Shown here in pieces: positions 19,388-29,071 of a DNA stretch of 64,000 bases. How positions within the stretch are numbered: position 1 is the first letter of the stretch; each line of letters opens with the position of its first letter. Origin of the DNA: Patescibacteria group bacterium (GTDB lineage: Bacteria; Patescibacteriota; Patescibacteriia; UBA1558; GWA2-36-10); NCBI GenBank assembly GCA_028718865.1, contig JAQUKX010000004.1, forward strand, positions 35,753 through 99,752, read 5' to 3'. The notes under the pieces were generated by a model. That model searched no databases. It saw only the letters and a list, made by a program, of their open reading frames with translations, and was not told where the DNA came from. Position numbers and translations under genes: made by a program.

Positions 19388-20533
19388 TTACTTTATGCTT
19401 CTGAACAAATTATCCAGTTGATAACCAATCTTGTCCCAGCTATATTTGGCCAGCACCTTTTCTCGGCCAGCCCGACCATACTCTTTGGCCAGCCTAGGAT
19501 TATCCAAAATAAAACTGATCATGTTTGACAAATTATCTACATTACCCGGCTTGACTAAGAGACCGGTTTTTTTCTTGTCCACCACTGAACGCACCCCGGG
19601 CAAATCAGCCGCTATCACCGGTACGCCTGAAGCCATGGCTTCCAAAGAAACAATGCCAAAGGCCTCTGACTTGTCTACGGAGGGCAAAACCAACATATCA
19701 GCGGTATTATAAAACTGAGGCAAAAGATTATCCGGCACAAAACCGGCAAAATGAATATATTTGCCCAAGCCCATATTTTTGACTAAGCTTTGATAACTAT
19801 CTTTCAAATCCCCTTCTCCCACTATCACCACGCGAAAATCATGACGATTTTGCGCCAAATTTTTGACTGTTTGAATAAGGACATTTACTCCCTTGAAATA
19901 ATGAGCTTTGTCCAAAGCGCCGACGAACAAAATCATCTTTTTGCCGTAAAGGTCGTATTTTTGATAAAGACTCTTATCAGCCAAGCGCGGCTTGAAAAGC
20001 AAATGATTGACACCACAGGGAATCTCGACAAATTTATCCGGATCAACTTCCAAAAGTGGCTTAATGTAAGAATGCCGGGCATAATCCAAAGAAGTGACTA
20101 TCACCCTGTCGGCTCTGTCCAAAATCCGAGGCGCAATATAATTTTTGTGCCAATGAAAAAACTTGGCCAAGAGCCCGCGGCCGACAACATCCATATGATA
20201 AGTCAGTACTATTTTCAAATCTTTGAACTTATCCAAAAAATAAACTATTTCCGCCCCGCCAAAAAATGGATAATGCAAATGAATAATATCAAAAGGCGTC
20301 AACTTATAAAAAAGCTGAGGCAAAATGCCGGCATTACCATATTTGAACCAAGGACGCAAACGCTCAACTGCAAAAGGATACTCATCCACTATCTCAAAAG
20401 GATGTTTGCCCTTCAAAGTAAAAACAGTCACCTGATGGCCTAAAGTAGCCAGAGACCAGGCATTATAATAAGCAACATTGCCCATACCGGCCTTATAAGG
20501 GGGAAACGTAGATGTCAATTCCGCTATTTTCAT
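19388..20533 (-). CDS. glycosyltransferase family 4 (GT-B)
   Basis: 381 aa; PPYKAGMG N-term, EAFGIVSLEAMASGVPVIAADLPG. Confidence 0.85.
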   Translation of the reverse strand: MKIAELTSTFPPYKAGMGNVAYYNAWSLATLGHQVTVFTLKGKHPFEIVDEYPFAVERLRPWFKYGNAGILPQLFYKLTPFDIIHLHYPFFGGAEIVYFLDKFKDLKIVLTYHMDVVGRGLLAKFFHWHKNYIAPRILDRADRVIVTSLDYARHSYIKPLLEVDPDKFVEIPCGVNHLLFKPRLADKSLYQKYDLYGKKMILFVGALDKAHYFKGVNVLIQTVKNLAQNRHDFRVVIVGEGDLKDSYQSLVKNMGLGKYIHFAGFVPDNLLPQFYNTADMLVLPSVDKSEAFGIVSLEAMASGVPVIAADLPGVRSVVDKKKTGLLVKPGNVDNLSNMISFILDNPRLAKEYGRAGREKVLAKYSWDKIGYQLDNLFRSIK

Positions 20534-20548
20534 ATTTTAATCCGCAGA

Positions 20549-21604
20549 TTACCAAAAAATAAATAATTTGACCAGACGCCAATAAATAAAAAAAATAAGA
20601 TTGGCAATCTTTAAAGCTAGAGAATCCAAAGGTTGAAATAATATCACTCCAGTAAAACGCCCTACTACTTGCCTATCGCTACAACGACGCTTAGTTTGAA
20701 TATCTTGCCTCTTGGCTTTGAGGATTTTTCTTTCTCTGGCGGAAAACAAAAATCCATAAGCCCGAATTTTATCTTTAAGTTTTTTGTTTCTTAGTGCATA
20801 AAAAAGCTGAGCTATTTCCATCAGTAGCCAGGCGGGAAAAATCAAAAGCATAGTTGCTATTTTATAATTTTTGAGCATAGTCCAAAGACGATTCCGCTCA
20901 AACCAATAATACTGACGCATACTACGGTCAAATTCATACTTATGGTAAACAATGCTCTCAGGCACCAAATAATTTTCATAACCCAAAAGAGCCAGTTGCC
21001 AACCCAAATCAAGATCTTCCAAATAAGCAAACATGGTCTCGTCAAAAAGCCCGCCTTTCTCTGCCAAGGCTTTCATTGAAAGCAATTCGCCAGCGCCGGA
21101 AGAATAATTTATTTTTTTTATTTTTTGATTGTTTTTATCAAAAGTATTAGAACCAAGACCATAACCAAAGCCTAGAAAATGAATGGCATTGCCCATTGTG
21201 TTTATTCTGTCTTTTTTTGACCATAATCTAAGCTTGGACTGCAAAGACCCAACTTGATTATTTTTTTCAGCAAACTGATAAAGTGGTAATAAAAAATCTG
21301 GTGTCACCACCGTATCCTGATTTAAAAGGTAAATATATTTAGCACCAATTTCTTTGGCATGTTGATAGCCGATATTATTGGCGCCAACATAACCAGTATT
21401 GGAGCTATTTCTGATTACTTTTATCTGCGGATAATTTTTTTCCAAAAAATCGGCTGAAGCATCAGCAGAATTATTATCAACAACTAGAATCTCCACCTCA
21501 AACTGAGCGTATTTCTGCCCAGTCAAAAGCGGTAGTAAAGACGGCCAATACTGCAAACCGTTATAACTAGGAATAATTATTAAAATTTTATCTTTTTCTG
21601 ACAT
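20549..21604 (-). CDS. glycosyltransferase family 2 with C-terminal membrane helices
   Basis: 351 aa; IIIPSYN, VVDNNSAD, ...YLEDLDLGWQ... GT2 motifs (DXD, QxxRW-like region). Confidence 0.85.
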   Translation of the reverse strand: MSEKDKILIIIPSYNGLQYWPSLLPLLTGQKYAQFEVEILVVDNNSADASADFLEKNYPQIKVIRNSSNTGYVGANNIGYQHAKEIGAKYIYLLNQDTVVTPDFLLPLYQFAEKNNQVGSLQSKLRLWSKKDRINTMGNAIHFLGFGYGLGSNTFDKNNQKIKKINYSSGAGELLSMKALAEKGGLFDETMFAYLEDLDLGWQLALLGYENYLVPESIVYHKYEFDRSMRQYYWFERNRLWTMLKNYKIATMLLIFPAWLLMEIAQLFYALRNKKLKDKIRAYGFLFSARERKILKAKRQDIQTKRRCSDRQVVGRFTGVILFQPLDSLALKIANLIFFIYWRLVKLFIFW

Positions 21605-21920
21605 TTTTTAGAGCATCACTTCTGACCAGCTTAGTAATATCAGACTCGATCCGATTGAGCCGGACAAAAATCCTAAACAAAAGATAAAAAATCAAAATCA
21701 CCGATAAATACAGCACCAAATCCGCCCCTCGACCTATGCCCAAAATATTGGCAAGATAAGAAGTGATTTCCGGCTCCCAAAAAACAATCAAAACTACCAG
21801 CCATAGAAAAGACCAAAATAGCAAAGCCGTCCAAGATATCTTATTTTTCTGTTTTTGGAAAAAAAGCTTGCTCAAGGCAAAAACAATAAAAATTGTCACT
21901 AAAATCTGTAAGTAAATCAT
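21588..21920 (-). CDS. small membrane protein, DUF2304-like GT2 partner
   Basis: 110 aa, 3 helices; overlaps both neighbouring GT2 genes; this size and context is typical of DUF2304 proteins next to GtrB-like GT2 (family call from memory). Confidence 0.4.
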   Translation of the reverse strand: MIYLQILVTIFIVFALSKLFFQKQKNKISWTALLFWSFLWLVVLIVFWEPEITSYLANILGIGRGADLVLYLSVILIFYLLFRIFVRLNRIESDITKLVRSDALKNVRKR

Positions 21921-22579
21921 TTGATAATTTTAGAAAATAATAAATCTTTCAGAATCTTAAAAGCACCGCTTAAGCCCTGACCAAATTCGTGATAAATAAC
22001 AGTAATGGGTACTTCTTTTATTTTTAATTTATTTTCATGAGCTTTGACCATAATTTCATTACAATGCGCTTTGCCGTCCTGCTCAATGATTATATTTTGA
22101 GCTGTAGTTCTGGTCATAGCCCGAAAGCCGCTTTGTGGATCACTTAACTTGATTCCCAAAAATACTCGGTTAAAAATTCTAGCCAAAGGAAAAATAATTT
22201 TTTCCTTGAAAAAAGGCAATTCCGATTTTTTGCCCAAAAAACGAGAACCAAAAACTATATCATAATTTTCTTCAACAATTGGCTTAATAACTTCCTTTAT
22301 TTCCTGAGCCAAAAATTGACCGTCAGCGTCAAAATGAACAATAATATCTGCTCCTTGACTTAGAGCGTATTCATTGCCAGTTTGCAAGGCTGCTCCTTGA
22401 TCGCGATTTATCCTATGGCGCAAAACATCAACTGGATAAGAGCAAGCCAGCTGATAAGTGTCATCGCTGGAAGCGTCGTCAACTACTACTATTTTATAAG
22501 GCAAAGCCGACAGGTCTTTGAGTACTTGCCCTATTCTTTTTTGCTCATTATAAGCGGGAATGACTATGAAGATGTTCAT
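21917..22579 (-). CDS. GT2 polyprenyl-phosphate glycosyltransferase (GtrB/DPM1-like)
   Basis: 220 aa; IVIPAYNE, VVDDASSDDT, ...HFDADGQ..., ...SGFRAM... motifs. Confidence 0.85.
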   Translation of the reverse strand: MNIFIVIPAYNEQKRIGQVLKDLSALPYKIVVVDDASSDDTYQLACSYPVDVLRHRINRDQGAALQTGNEYALSQGADIIVHFDADGQFLAQEIKEVIKPIVEENYDIVFGSRFLGKKSELPFFKEKIIFPLARIFNRVFLGIKLSDPQSGFRAMTRTTAQNIIIEQDGKAHCNEIMVKAHENKLKIKEVPITVIYHEFGQGLSGAFKILKDLLFSKIIK

Positions 22580-23067
22580 TTTTCTTTGGCTAAACTCAAA
22601 GCTTTTTTAATTAAAGTTGGGCTATCAATAGCATTATAAAATTTAATAGCCCCTATTTTATCAATATCAATCCATTCCGGCATATCAGCATATTCTTTTT
22701 CATACTCATCAAAATTATCCATTGATAATTCTCCGCTTATCTTCCGACACAAATAATACATTAATATTGAATTACTAAAAACTTCTTTATAACGAAATTT
22801 AAAAAAAGAATTTTTTATGTCTATAATCTTTACCGGTTCTACTTGCAGTCCTGTTTCCTCCCAAAACTCTCTTTTTAAAGCCTCTTCTACTGTTTCGTCT
22901 ATTTCTACTCCCCCACCTGGAAAATCAAAACCATCTTTAAATTGTCTAACTAACAATATTTTATTATCTTCTATTAAAACACCATAAACAGACGGCCTAA
23001 AAATAATATTAGAGGCATTAGTTTTATATTCCTTTCCGTAAATATCCCGACAAACTATTTCTTTCAT
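22576..23067 (-). CDS. NUDIX hydrolase
   Basis: 163 aa; Nudix box GGGVEIDETVEEALKREFWEETGL. Confidence 0.85.
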   Translation of the reverse strand: MKEIVCRDIYGKEYKTNASNIIFRPSVYGVLIEDNKILLVRQFKDGFDFPGGGVEIDETVEEALKREFWEETGLQVEPVKIIDIKNSFFKFRYKEVFSNSILMYYLCRKISGELSMDNFDEYEKEYADMPEWIDIDKIGAIKFYNAIDSPTLIKKALSLAKEK

Positions 23068-23975
23068 CTATTTTCCTTAAACCACTGATAAGTAAACCCC
23101 AGGCCTTTTTCCAGATCAAAACGCGGCTGCCAATAACTAGCTGCTTGCAGACGGCCACAATCCAAAGCACTGCGCCTCACTTCGCCAGCTATAGCCGGCG
23201 TGTGCTCTATTTTTATATCCTGATCAGCAATAAGCTTGATTTTTTCCACTAGCTCCAACAGAGAAACCTCGCGGCCAGTGCCAACATTATAAATTCCCTG
23301 CCCTGTTTTTAATAAAGACACAAAAGCATTAACCGCATCTTCAACATAAACAAAATCCCTAGTCTGCTGGCCATCACCAAAAATATAAATAGGTTTAGAG
23401 CTAAGAGCGTTATTTAAAAATATGGAAATAACTCCCGCCTCACCATAGGGGTCTTGTCTGGGACCATAGATATTAGCCATGCGCAAAGCCGCCCAATTAA
23501 TTTTTCCTTCAGCAACAATTTGCAAATATCTTTCAAAAACCAATTTATTGAGTATATAAGGCGACAATGGTTTTTCCTCTGCGCTCTCATCTATAGGAAA
23601 ACTACTGGCCTCGCCATAAATGCCACAGCTGGAAGCAAAAATAAATTTTTTGGCACCAGCTTTGATGGCTGATTGCAAAACATTGAGCGCACCCAAAATA
23701 TTTATCTCCGCATCCAAGCGCGGATTTTCTATAGAAGCTCGGACATTTTTTTGGGCCGCCAGATGATAAACCACTTCCGGAGCAAAATCAAAAAAAACTT
23801 TTTCCAAAGATTTCTCTCGGATATCCAGCTGGATTAACTCGGCCTGAGGATGGATATATTCTTTTTTGCCAAAACTCAAATCATCAACCACCAACACTTG
23901 ATGACCAGCTTTGACCAAGCTATCTGTCAAATGAGAACCGATGAATCCGGCGCCGCCAGTAACTAATATACGCAT
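23064..23975 (-). CDS. NAD-dependent epimerase/dehydratase (UDP-sugar 4-epimerase-like)
   Basis: 303 aa; VTGGAGFIGSHL, SSCGIYG, Y-x3-K (YILNK). Confidence 0.8.
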   Translation of the reverse strand: MRILVTGGAGFIGSHLTDSLVKAGHQVLVVDDLSFGKKEYIHPQAELIQLDIREKSLEKVFFDFAPEVVYHLAAQKNVRASIENPRLDAEINILGALNVLQSAIKAGAKKFIFASSCGIYGEASSFPIDESAEEKPLSPYILNKLVFERYLQIVAEGKINWAALRMANIYGPRQDPYGEAGVISIFLNNALSSKPIYIFGDGQQTRDFVYVEDAVNAFVSLLKTGQGIYNVGTGREVSLLELVEKIKLIADQDIKIEHTPAIAGEVRRSALDCGRLQAASYWQPRFDLEKGLGFTYQWFKENR

Positions 23976-23980
23976 CTTGA

Positions 23981-25015
23981 TTATTCTTCTTGATTATTAA
24001 AAATCGGCCGATGAAGAAAAGCCGTAGCTTTATAATAATCTATTGCTTCTCTCAAGCCATCATCAATAGAAACCAAAGGAAACCAATTGAGTTTTTCTTT
24101 GGCGCGACTGATGTCAGGCTTAGCCGGCTGCATTGTGTATTGATATTTTTTGGTATAACTGATAACTGAAGAAGAGGAAGTAAGAGCAATGACTTTCTGG
24201 GCTACTTCTGTCAAAGTGTGAACCTGCTCCGATCCTAGGTTGACTGGCTCGGAAACTTCCGAAGCCATCAGCGCAATCATGCCTTCTACTATATCTTTAA
24301 CATAACAAAAACTCAAAACCGATTTTTCATCGCCAGCGATTTCTATTTCTTTATTTTCTGTAGCTGCTTTTATAAAATCCGGAATCTGACGGCCGCTATG
24401 TTGCAGCATCTTTGGCCCGTAAGTGCTAAAAATCCTAGCAATGCTGGTATTAATCTCATAAACATCCCGATAAGTCATCACTAAAGTTTCGGCAAAACGC
24501 TTGCCTTCATTGTAGCAAGCCCGCGGACCCAAAAAATCCAAAAGGCCGTAATAATTTTCCTCTACTGCCCGGCCGTCTTCAGGCGGCTGGCCGTAAACCG
24601 CCGAGCTGGAGGCCAAAAGATAACGAGCCTTGTATTTTTTGGCTAGCTCCAAGCTATTGATGGTGCCAATAGCATTGGCTTTGGCAGTCTCAATAGGGAA
24701 TTTGGTAAAATCCTTAGGAGCGGTCGGACAAGCCAAATTATAAATTTCTTGAAAGCCCTGAACTTCTATTTTGAATTTTCTCAGCTCCGGATAAGCGCTG
24801 AAATCTATCTTGTGGCAGATGTCATGACGGATAAATTCAAAATTGGGATACTCCAAAAGATTGCGGATATTTTCCACATCGGAGGAAACAAAATTATCAA
24901 CACAAACCACATTATAACCTTTTTTAACCAAGTGCTCACAAAGGTGGGAGCCGATAAAGCCTGCCCCGCCCAGCACCAGGACGTTTTTATTCTCCATGTA
25001 AACTTTTGTTGTCAT
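23981..25015 (-). CDS. UDP-glucuronate decarboxylase-like (UXS family) NAD-dependent enzyme
   Basis: 344 aa; VLGGAGFIGSHL, ...RACYNEGKRFAETL... (UXS-type RACYDEGKR motif); start may be MENKNVLV at 24997. Confidence 0.7.
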   Translation of the reverse strand: MTTKVYMENKNVLVLGGAGFIGSHLCEHLVKKGYNVVCVDNFVSSDVENIRNLLEYPNFEFIRHDICHKIDFSAYPELRKFKIEVQGFQEIYNLACPTAPKDFTKFPIETAKANAIGTINSLELAKKYKARYLLASSSAVYGQPPEDGRAVEENYYGLLDFLGPRACYNEGKRFAETLVMTYRDVYEINTSIARIFSTYGPKMLQHSGRQIPDFIKAATENKEIEIAGDEKSVLSFCYVKDIVEGMIALMASEVSEPVNLGSEQVHTLTEVAQKVIALTSSSSVISYTKKYQYTMQPAKPDISRAKEKLNWFPLVSIDDGLREAIDYYKATAFLHRPIFNNQEE

Positions 25016-25139
25016 ATTTTTCTTATTGCTTATAGCTTATGGCCAAGGGCAATATAAGCTATCAACTTATTATTACTTATTATTTATTTTTTAATCTTAA
25101 ACATTTACTATCTATAAGCCGTACGCCATAGGTTATAGG

Positions 25140-25877
25140 TTATAACTCATATCTGCCAAAAGTATCATTGATTCTGATTTTCAATATATGAAGCATGGTC
25201 TTGGGATAATCAAACCACTTGACCGATGAATCAAAATTGTTATACCAGCTTACCGGCAATTCCTTAACCGCCAGTTTATTCTTTCTGGCCAAAAACATCA
25301 GCTCAAAATCAAAAGCAAAACCGCTGATAGTCAACTGGGCAAACAATGGCTTTAACTCTGTCGCCAAGAGCTTGAAACCGCACTGAGTATCTTTGATGCC
25401 CGGATAAATGAGAGCTTGACTCACCAGATTGCCCAATTTGCCAAAAAAAACTTTGAAAGCATTTTGCTTGATTTCTACTTTTGATTCTTTTAAAGCTCGT
25501 GAAGCAATCAATAATTTATAATCGGAAGTATAAGGCCAAAAATTATTCAGTTCGCTAATGCGGGTGGAATTATCAGCATCCATAAACAAAACCCACTCCC
25601 CTTGGGCTTGCGCCACGCCCTTGGCAACAGTATAGCCCTTGCCGTGATTTTTTAAGTTGCGAAAAACTCTTATACCAGTAAAAGCGCTGGCAAAAGGAAA
25701 AGTGCTGTCTTGGGAGCAGTCATCAACCACTATAATTTCGTAATTGCCCTGGCCAAAACGCGCTTGCAAAAAATCATCTACTTCTTTCAAGGTGCTAACA
25801 ATCACTTTTTCTTCATTATAAGCGGGAATAACAACACTTATTTTTACTCCTTTAGAAATCTCTTTTTTTTCCGCCAT
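25140..25877 (-). CDS. GT2 polyprenyl-phosphate glycosyltransferase
   Basis: 245 aa; VVIPAYNEEKVI, VVDDCSQDST, ...FMDADNST..., ...CGFKLL... Confidence 0.85.
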   Translation of the reverse strand: MAEKKEISKGVKISVVIPAYNEEKVIVSTLKEVDDFLQARFGQGNYEIIVVDDCSQDSTFPFASAFTGIRVFRNLKNHGKGYTVAKGVAQAQGEWVLFMDADNSTRISELNNFWPYTSDYKLLIASRALKESKVEIKQNAFKVFFGKLGNLVSQALIYPGIKDTQCGFKLLATELKPLFAQLTISGFAFDFELMFLARKNKLAVKELPVSWYNNFDSSVKWFDYPKTMLHILKIRINDTFGRYEL

Positions 25878-25883
25878 ATAAAT

Positions 25884-27902
25884 TTAGCGTCCTAAAATTT
25901 CAAAATAATAACCATTCCTATCATTGGCCGACCGCAGATAAAAGTTTTCTTTTTCCAGACCCTGATGATCATAAATCCTCATCAATGCGGCCGAGCCTTT
26001 GCTTGGCAGGGCAATTATTTCCGGCAGGAAATCCCCCGATATATCCTTGGCAATTATTCTAACACCAGAAAGCAGCTGTTGACTATAAGCCAAAAACTCT
26101 CCTTTTTGGCGTCCGCGCATGCTAAAAAGCTTGATCTGCGGTGCTCGGCCGCTGGCCGGCACAGTGATTATCTCCTGCCAATTATCGCCACTGACATTAC
26201 CGACACTGATATTTACGCCCGAGGTCATTTTTTCATCATAAGCCAAAAAACTGCTTTTTAGCTGATTACGATAATCAAAGACCCTAATCTCCGGCTCCCG
26301 ACCGCTAGCAGGAGCAACTATAATTTCATCCTCTCCATTATTACTTACATCACCCACCGCTAAATTCACGCCTCCAAAAAAATTACTCTCATAAGCGAAA
26401 AATTCCGAGATCAGCTCGCCGCTGGGGCTAAATACCCTGATGTGCGGTCCGCCGCCAGCTTGAGGAGCAGTAATGATTTCTTTTTGACCATCACCATTGA
26501 TATCACCGATAGCTACTCTGACTCCGCCTCTGAACCTAGCGTCATAAGCGAAAAATTCCGAGATCAGCTCGCCGCTGGGGCTAAATACCCTGATGTGCGG
26601 TCCGCCGCCAGCTTGAGGAGCAGTCACTATTTCTTCTTGCCCATCACCGGTCAAATCACCTACTGCCAAATGCACTCCCCCGCGAAAACTGCCGGCATAA
26701 GCCAAAAAACTATGTTGCAAATTACCTTGCTTGTCCAAAATCATAATCTCTGGGGCCAAGCCGGCTTCTGGAGCCAAAACAATGCGGGGTGAATGATTGA
26801 CATAACTTTTGGCAAGATTCAAAGCAGCGCCCACGTCTACCATGCCAGCGCCCAAGTCAAGATAATTGGTAGGATTAGCGTCTCTGATATCAGCGGCGCT
26901 ATTTATCAAGATATTGTAAATATCGCTGGGCCGCAACTCAGGAAAATTCATCTTAATCAAAGCAGCTGTAGCCGAAACTATCGGCGCGGCCAAAGAAGTA
27001 CCGTTCCAGCCACCTCTGTAAGGCGCATTGAATTCGGGGTTAGCGCTATTGTAATAAACCGTTGAATAAAAACCTGTGCCCGGAGCGGAAATATCAATAC
27101 AAGTTCGGCCAAAATTGGAAAAAGGAGCCAGTCGCCTGTCTTGATCCAGAGCCGCTACTCCCAAAACTTGATTGCCAGAGCTGATTTCACAAACCGGATA
27201 ACGAGGAAAAAGATCCAAATTGATGCCTTGACGATTTTGGTTGCCTGAAGCAGCGACTATCACTACTCCTCTGTTATAAGCGTTATTGATAGAGCGGCGC
27301 AAATTCTCATCATAAAAATCCCCTACCAAGCTCAGATTGATGACATCAGCGCCGTTGGCCACAGCATAGTCAATGGCTTGCGATAAAACTAGAGTATTGC
27401 CAGTGCCTTTTTCATTGAGAATCTTCAGTGGCATTATCTTGACCTGAGGAGCAATACCGACTATACCCTGGCCATTGGCCACAGCGGCAATAATGCCAGC
27501 AACAATAGTACCATGATTGACCGCTGTATAATCATAGCCATCAATCAATTCTGGACGCGGATTATTATTACTATTGATGAAATCCCAGCCACTGACATCA
27601 TCAATATAGCTATTTCTATCATTATCTATACCGTCACCAGCTATTTCTCCGGGATTGACCCAGATATTTTCCGCCAAATCAGGATGGTTTATATCCACTC
27701 CCGAATCCAAAACAGCCACTATTACTTCTTTGTTTACCCTAATATCATTGGACCAGCTGGGATATATATTGATAGTCTCAAAATAATTTTGATAAATAAT
27801 TCCCGGGTCGCTCGGTGTATAATCCTGAGAAAATGCCTGCGCCGGATTAACCAAGGCAAAAAACAAAAAAACCGCAATAAAAAACCTAAATTTTCCAATC
27901 AT
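25884..27902 (-). CDS. secreted subtilisin-like serine protease (S8) fused to C-terminal FG-GAP-like beta-propeller repeats
   Basis: Signal peptide MIGKFRFFIAVFLFFALVNPAQA (start 27902); catalytic D (AVLDSGVD), H (NHGT), S (GTSLAAP); then at least 5 repeats of the form FxAY...F-GGV-x2-AVGD-x2-GDGxxEI-x2-AP-x2-GGGP-x-IRVF with a 51-aa period. Confidence 0.85.
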   Translation of the reverse strand: MIGKFRFFIAVFLFFALVNPAQAFSQDYTPSDPGIIYQNYFETINIYPSWSNDIRVNKEVIVAVLDSGVDINHPDLAENIWVNPGEIAGDGIDNDRNSYIDDVSGWDFINSNNNPRPELIDGYDYTAVNHGTIVAGIIAAVANGQGIVGIAPQVKIMPLKILNEKGTGNTLVLSQAIDYAVANGADVINLSLVGDFYDENLRRSINNAYNRGVVIVAASGNQNRQGINLDLFPRYPVCEISSGNQVLGVAALDQDRRLAPFSNFGRTCIDISAPGTGFYSTVYYNSANPEFNAPYRGGWNGTSLAAPIVSATAALIKMNFPELRPSDIYNILINSAADIRDANPTNYLDLGAGMVDVGAALNLAKSYVNHSPRIVLAPEAGLAPEIMILDKQGNLQHSFLAYAGSFRGGVHLAVGDLTGDGQEEIVTAPQAGGGPHIRVFSPSGELISEFFAYDARFRGGVRVAIGDINGDGQKEIITAPQAGGGPHIRVFSPSGELISEFFAYESNFFGGVNLAVGDVSNNGEDEIIVAPASGREPEIRVFDYRNQLKSSFLAYDEKMTSGVNISVGNVSGDNWQEIITVPASGRAPQIKLFSMRGRQKGEFLAYSQQLLSGVRIIAKDISGDFLPEIIALPSKGSAALMRIYDHQGLEKENFYLRSANDRNGYYFEILGR
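26391..26626. repeat. intragenic near-identical direct repeats (about 83 nt, two copies 153 nt apart) inside the protease FG-GAP region
   Basis: ataagcgaaaaattccgagatcagctcgccgctggggctaaataccctgatgtgcggtccgccgccagcttgaggagcagt occurs at 26391 and again at 26544. Confidence 0.85.
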
Positions 27903-28047
27903 TTTAACTTTATTTTTCTTAATTATTTCCAATAAATTATAACAGAATTGACCGGTGAAAACAAGCAAATTAACAAGCCGTCAGATTGGTTTACAGAAAT
28001 CTTAAAAACAAAAAACAGCCCCCAAGACCGCTAAAGCTCTTTTTATA

Positions 28048-29070
28048 TTAATTTTTACTAAACAAAAACCTGACTAAATTCCAATACTGGTCATTGCCTT
28101 TTTGCTTTTGCAAATACCACCACTCCACTCCCCAAAGATAAGTCTGCTTGAGATCGGCATTGATAGCAAATTGCAAATTGGCCTTGAACTGTTCAAAACT
28201 CAAAGACTTATTATAATCGTCAAACTCCAAATCCGCCAAAGTACCCCGAGGCACCCAAGGCTCGGCCTGCAGCTCGCTGACTATAGCTTGATCTTTACTC
28301 AGTCGATTTAAATGAAGTTTGAAACCGTAAAACCAATCAGGAATAGGATAATAAACATATCTAAATATCGGATTCCAAACTACCCGATACATGGTAGTGC
28401 CAAAAATATCTCCTATTTTGGCTTCCTGGCGCCAGGAGCTCAGCTCTCCTGAAGCACTGATAATAATCGGTCGACTGCTGTCTAGCTCTCTGACCAAAGC
28501 CACCTCTTTTTCCAAAAATTTCCTATCGCCTTTGGGGCACTCGCCAAACCAATCAAACAAAGGCTCGTTTTCTACCTGCCAAGCCACTATCTCTGGTCGA
28601 TTTTGATACCTAGCCACTACCTGTTTTAGCAAAAAAATCGTCCTTGACTCCAACTGATCTTTGTTATAAAGATCAACCCACTCCGGTACATGACATTCAG
28701 GCCAGCGTGGCAAACGGAATCCGATATTAGCAATAAATTTCACGCCACGCTTTGCTCCTTGATCAAAAATATAATCATAAAAAGCAAAGTCAAACTGCCC
28801 CGGACTCTGCTCCACCTCGTCCCAATAAATCGGCACGCGGATATGATCAGCCTGCAAATCATCCAAAATCGCCAAATAAAGCTCGGTTCTATCCAAGCCC
28901 AGCTCATCGGCAAACTTAGGTGAATAAGTCACTCCCCAAAAATCCGCTTTGGCCTCAAAATTTATATCTCTGGGATGGTGCTTGTCTATCTTGAAAGTCC
29001 AAAGCAAAAAAAAGCTCAAGAGTAAAAGCCAAAATATTTTTTTCTTGTAAAAAGTCCGGTAAAAAAACAT
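28048..29070 (-). CDS. glycoside hydrolase, clan GH-A (GH5/GH113-like), membrane-anchored
   Basis: 340 aa; N-terminal TM (IFWLLLLSFFLLW); WQVENEP catalytic-acid motif of clan GH-A (beta/alpha)8 hydrolases. Confidence 0.6.
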   Translation of the reverse strand: MFFYRTFYKKKIFWLLLLSFFLLWTFKIDKHHPRDINFEAKADFWGVTYSPKFADELGLDRTELYLAILDDLQADHIRVPIYWDEVEQSPGQFDFAFYDYIFDQGAKRGVKFIANIGFRLPRWPECHVPEWVDLYNKDQLESRTIFLLKQVVARYQNRPEIVAWQVENEPLFDWFGECPKGDRKFLEKEVALVRELDSSRPIIISASGELSSWRQEAKIGDIFGTTMYRVVWNPIFRYVYYPIPDWFYGFKLHLNRLSKDQAIVSELQAEPWVPRGTLADLEFDDYNKSLSFEQFKANLQFAINADLKQTYLWGVEWWYLQKQKGNDQYWNLVRFLFSKN

Positions 29071-29071
29071 A

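Noticed and set aside
26391-26626. Tandem near-identical repeats considered as a possible CRISPR or repeat array
   Set aside because: There are only two copies and the spacing equals the 51-aa protein-repeat period. They lie in frame inside the S8/FG-GAP gene, so this is intragenic domain duplication.
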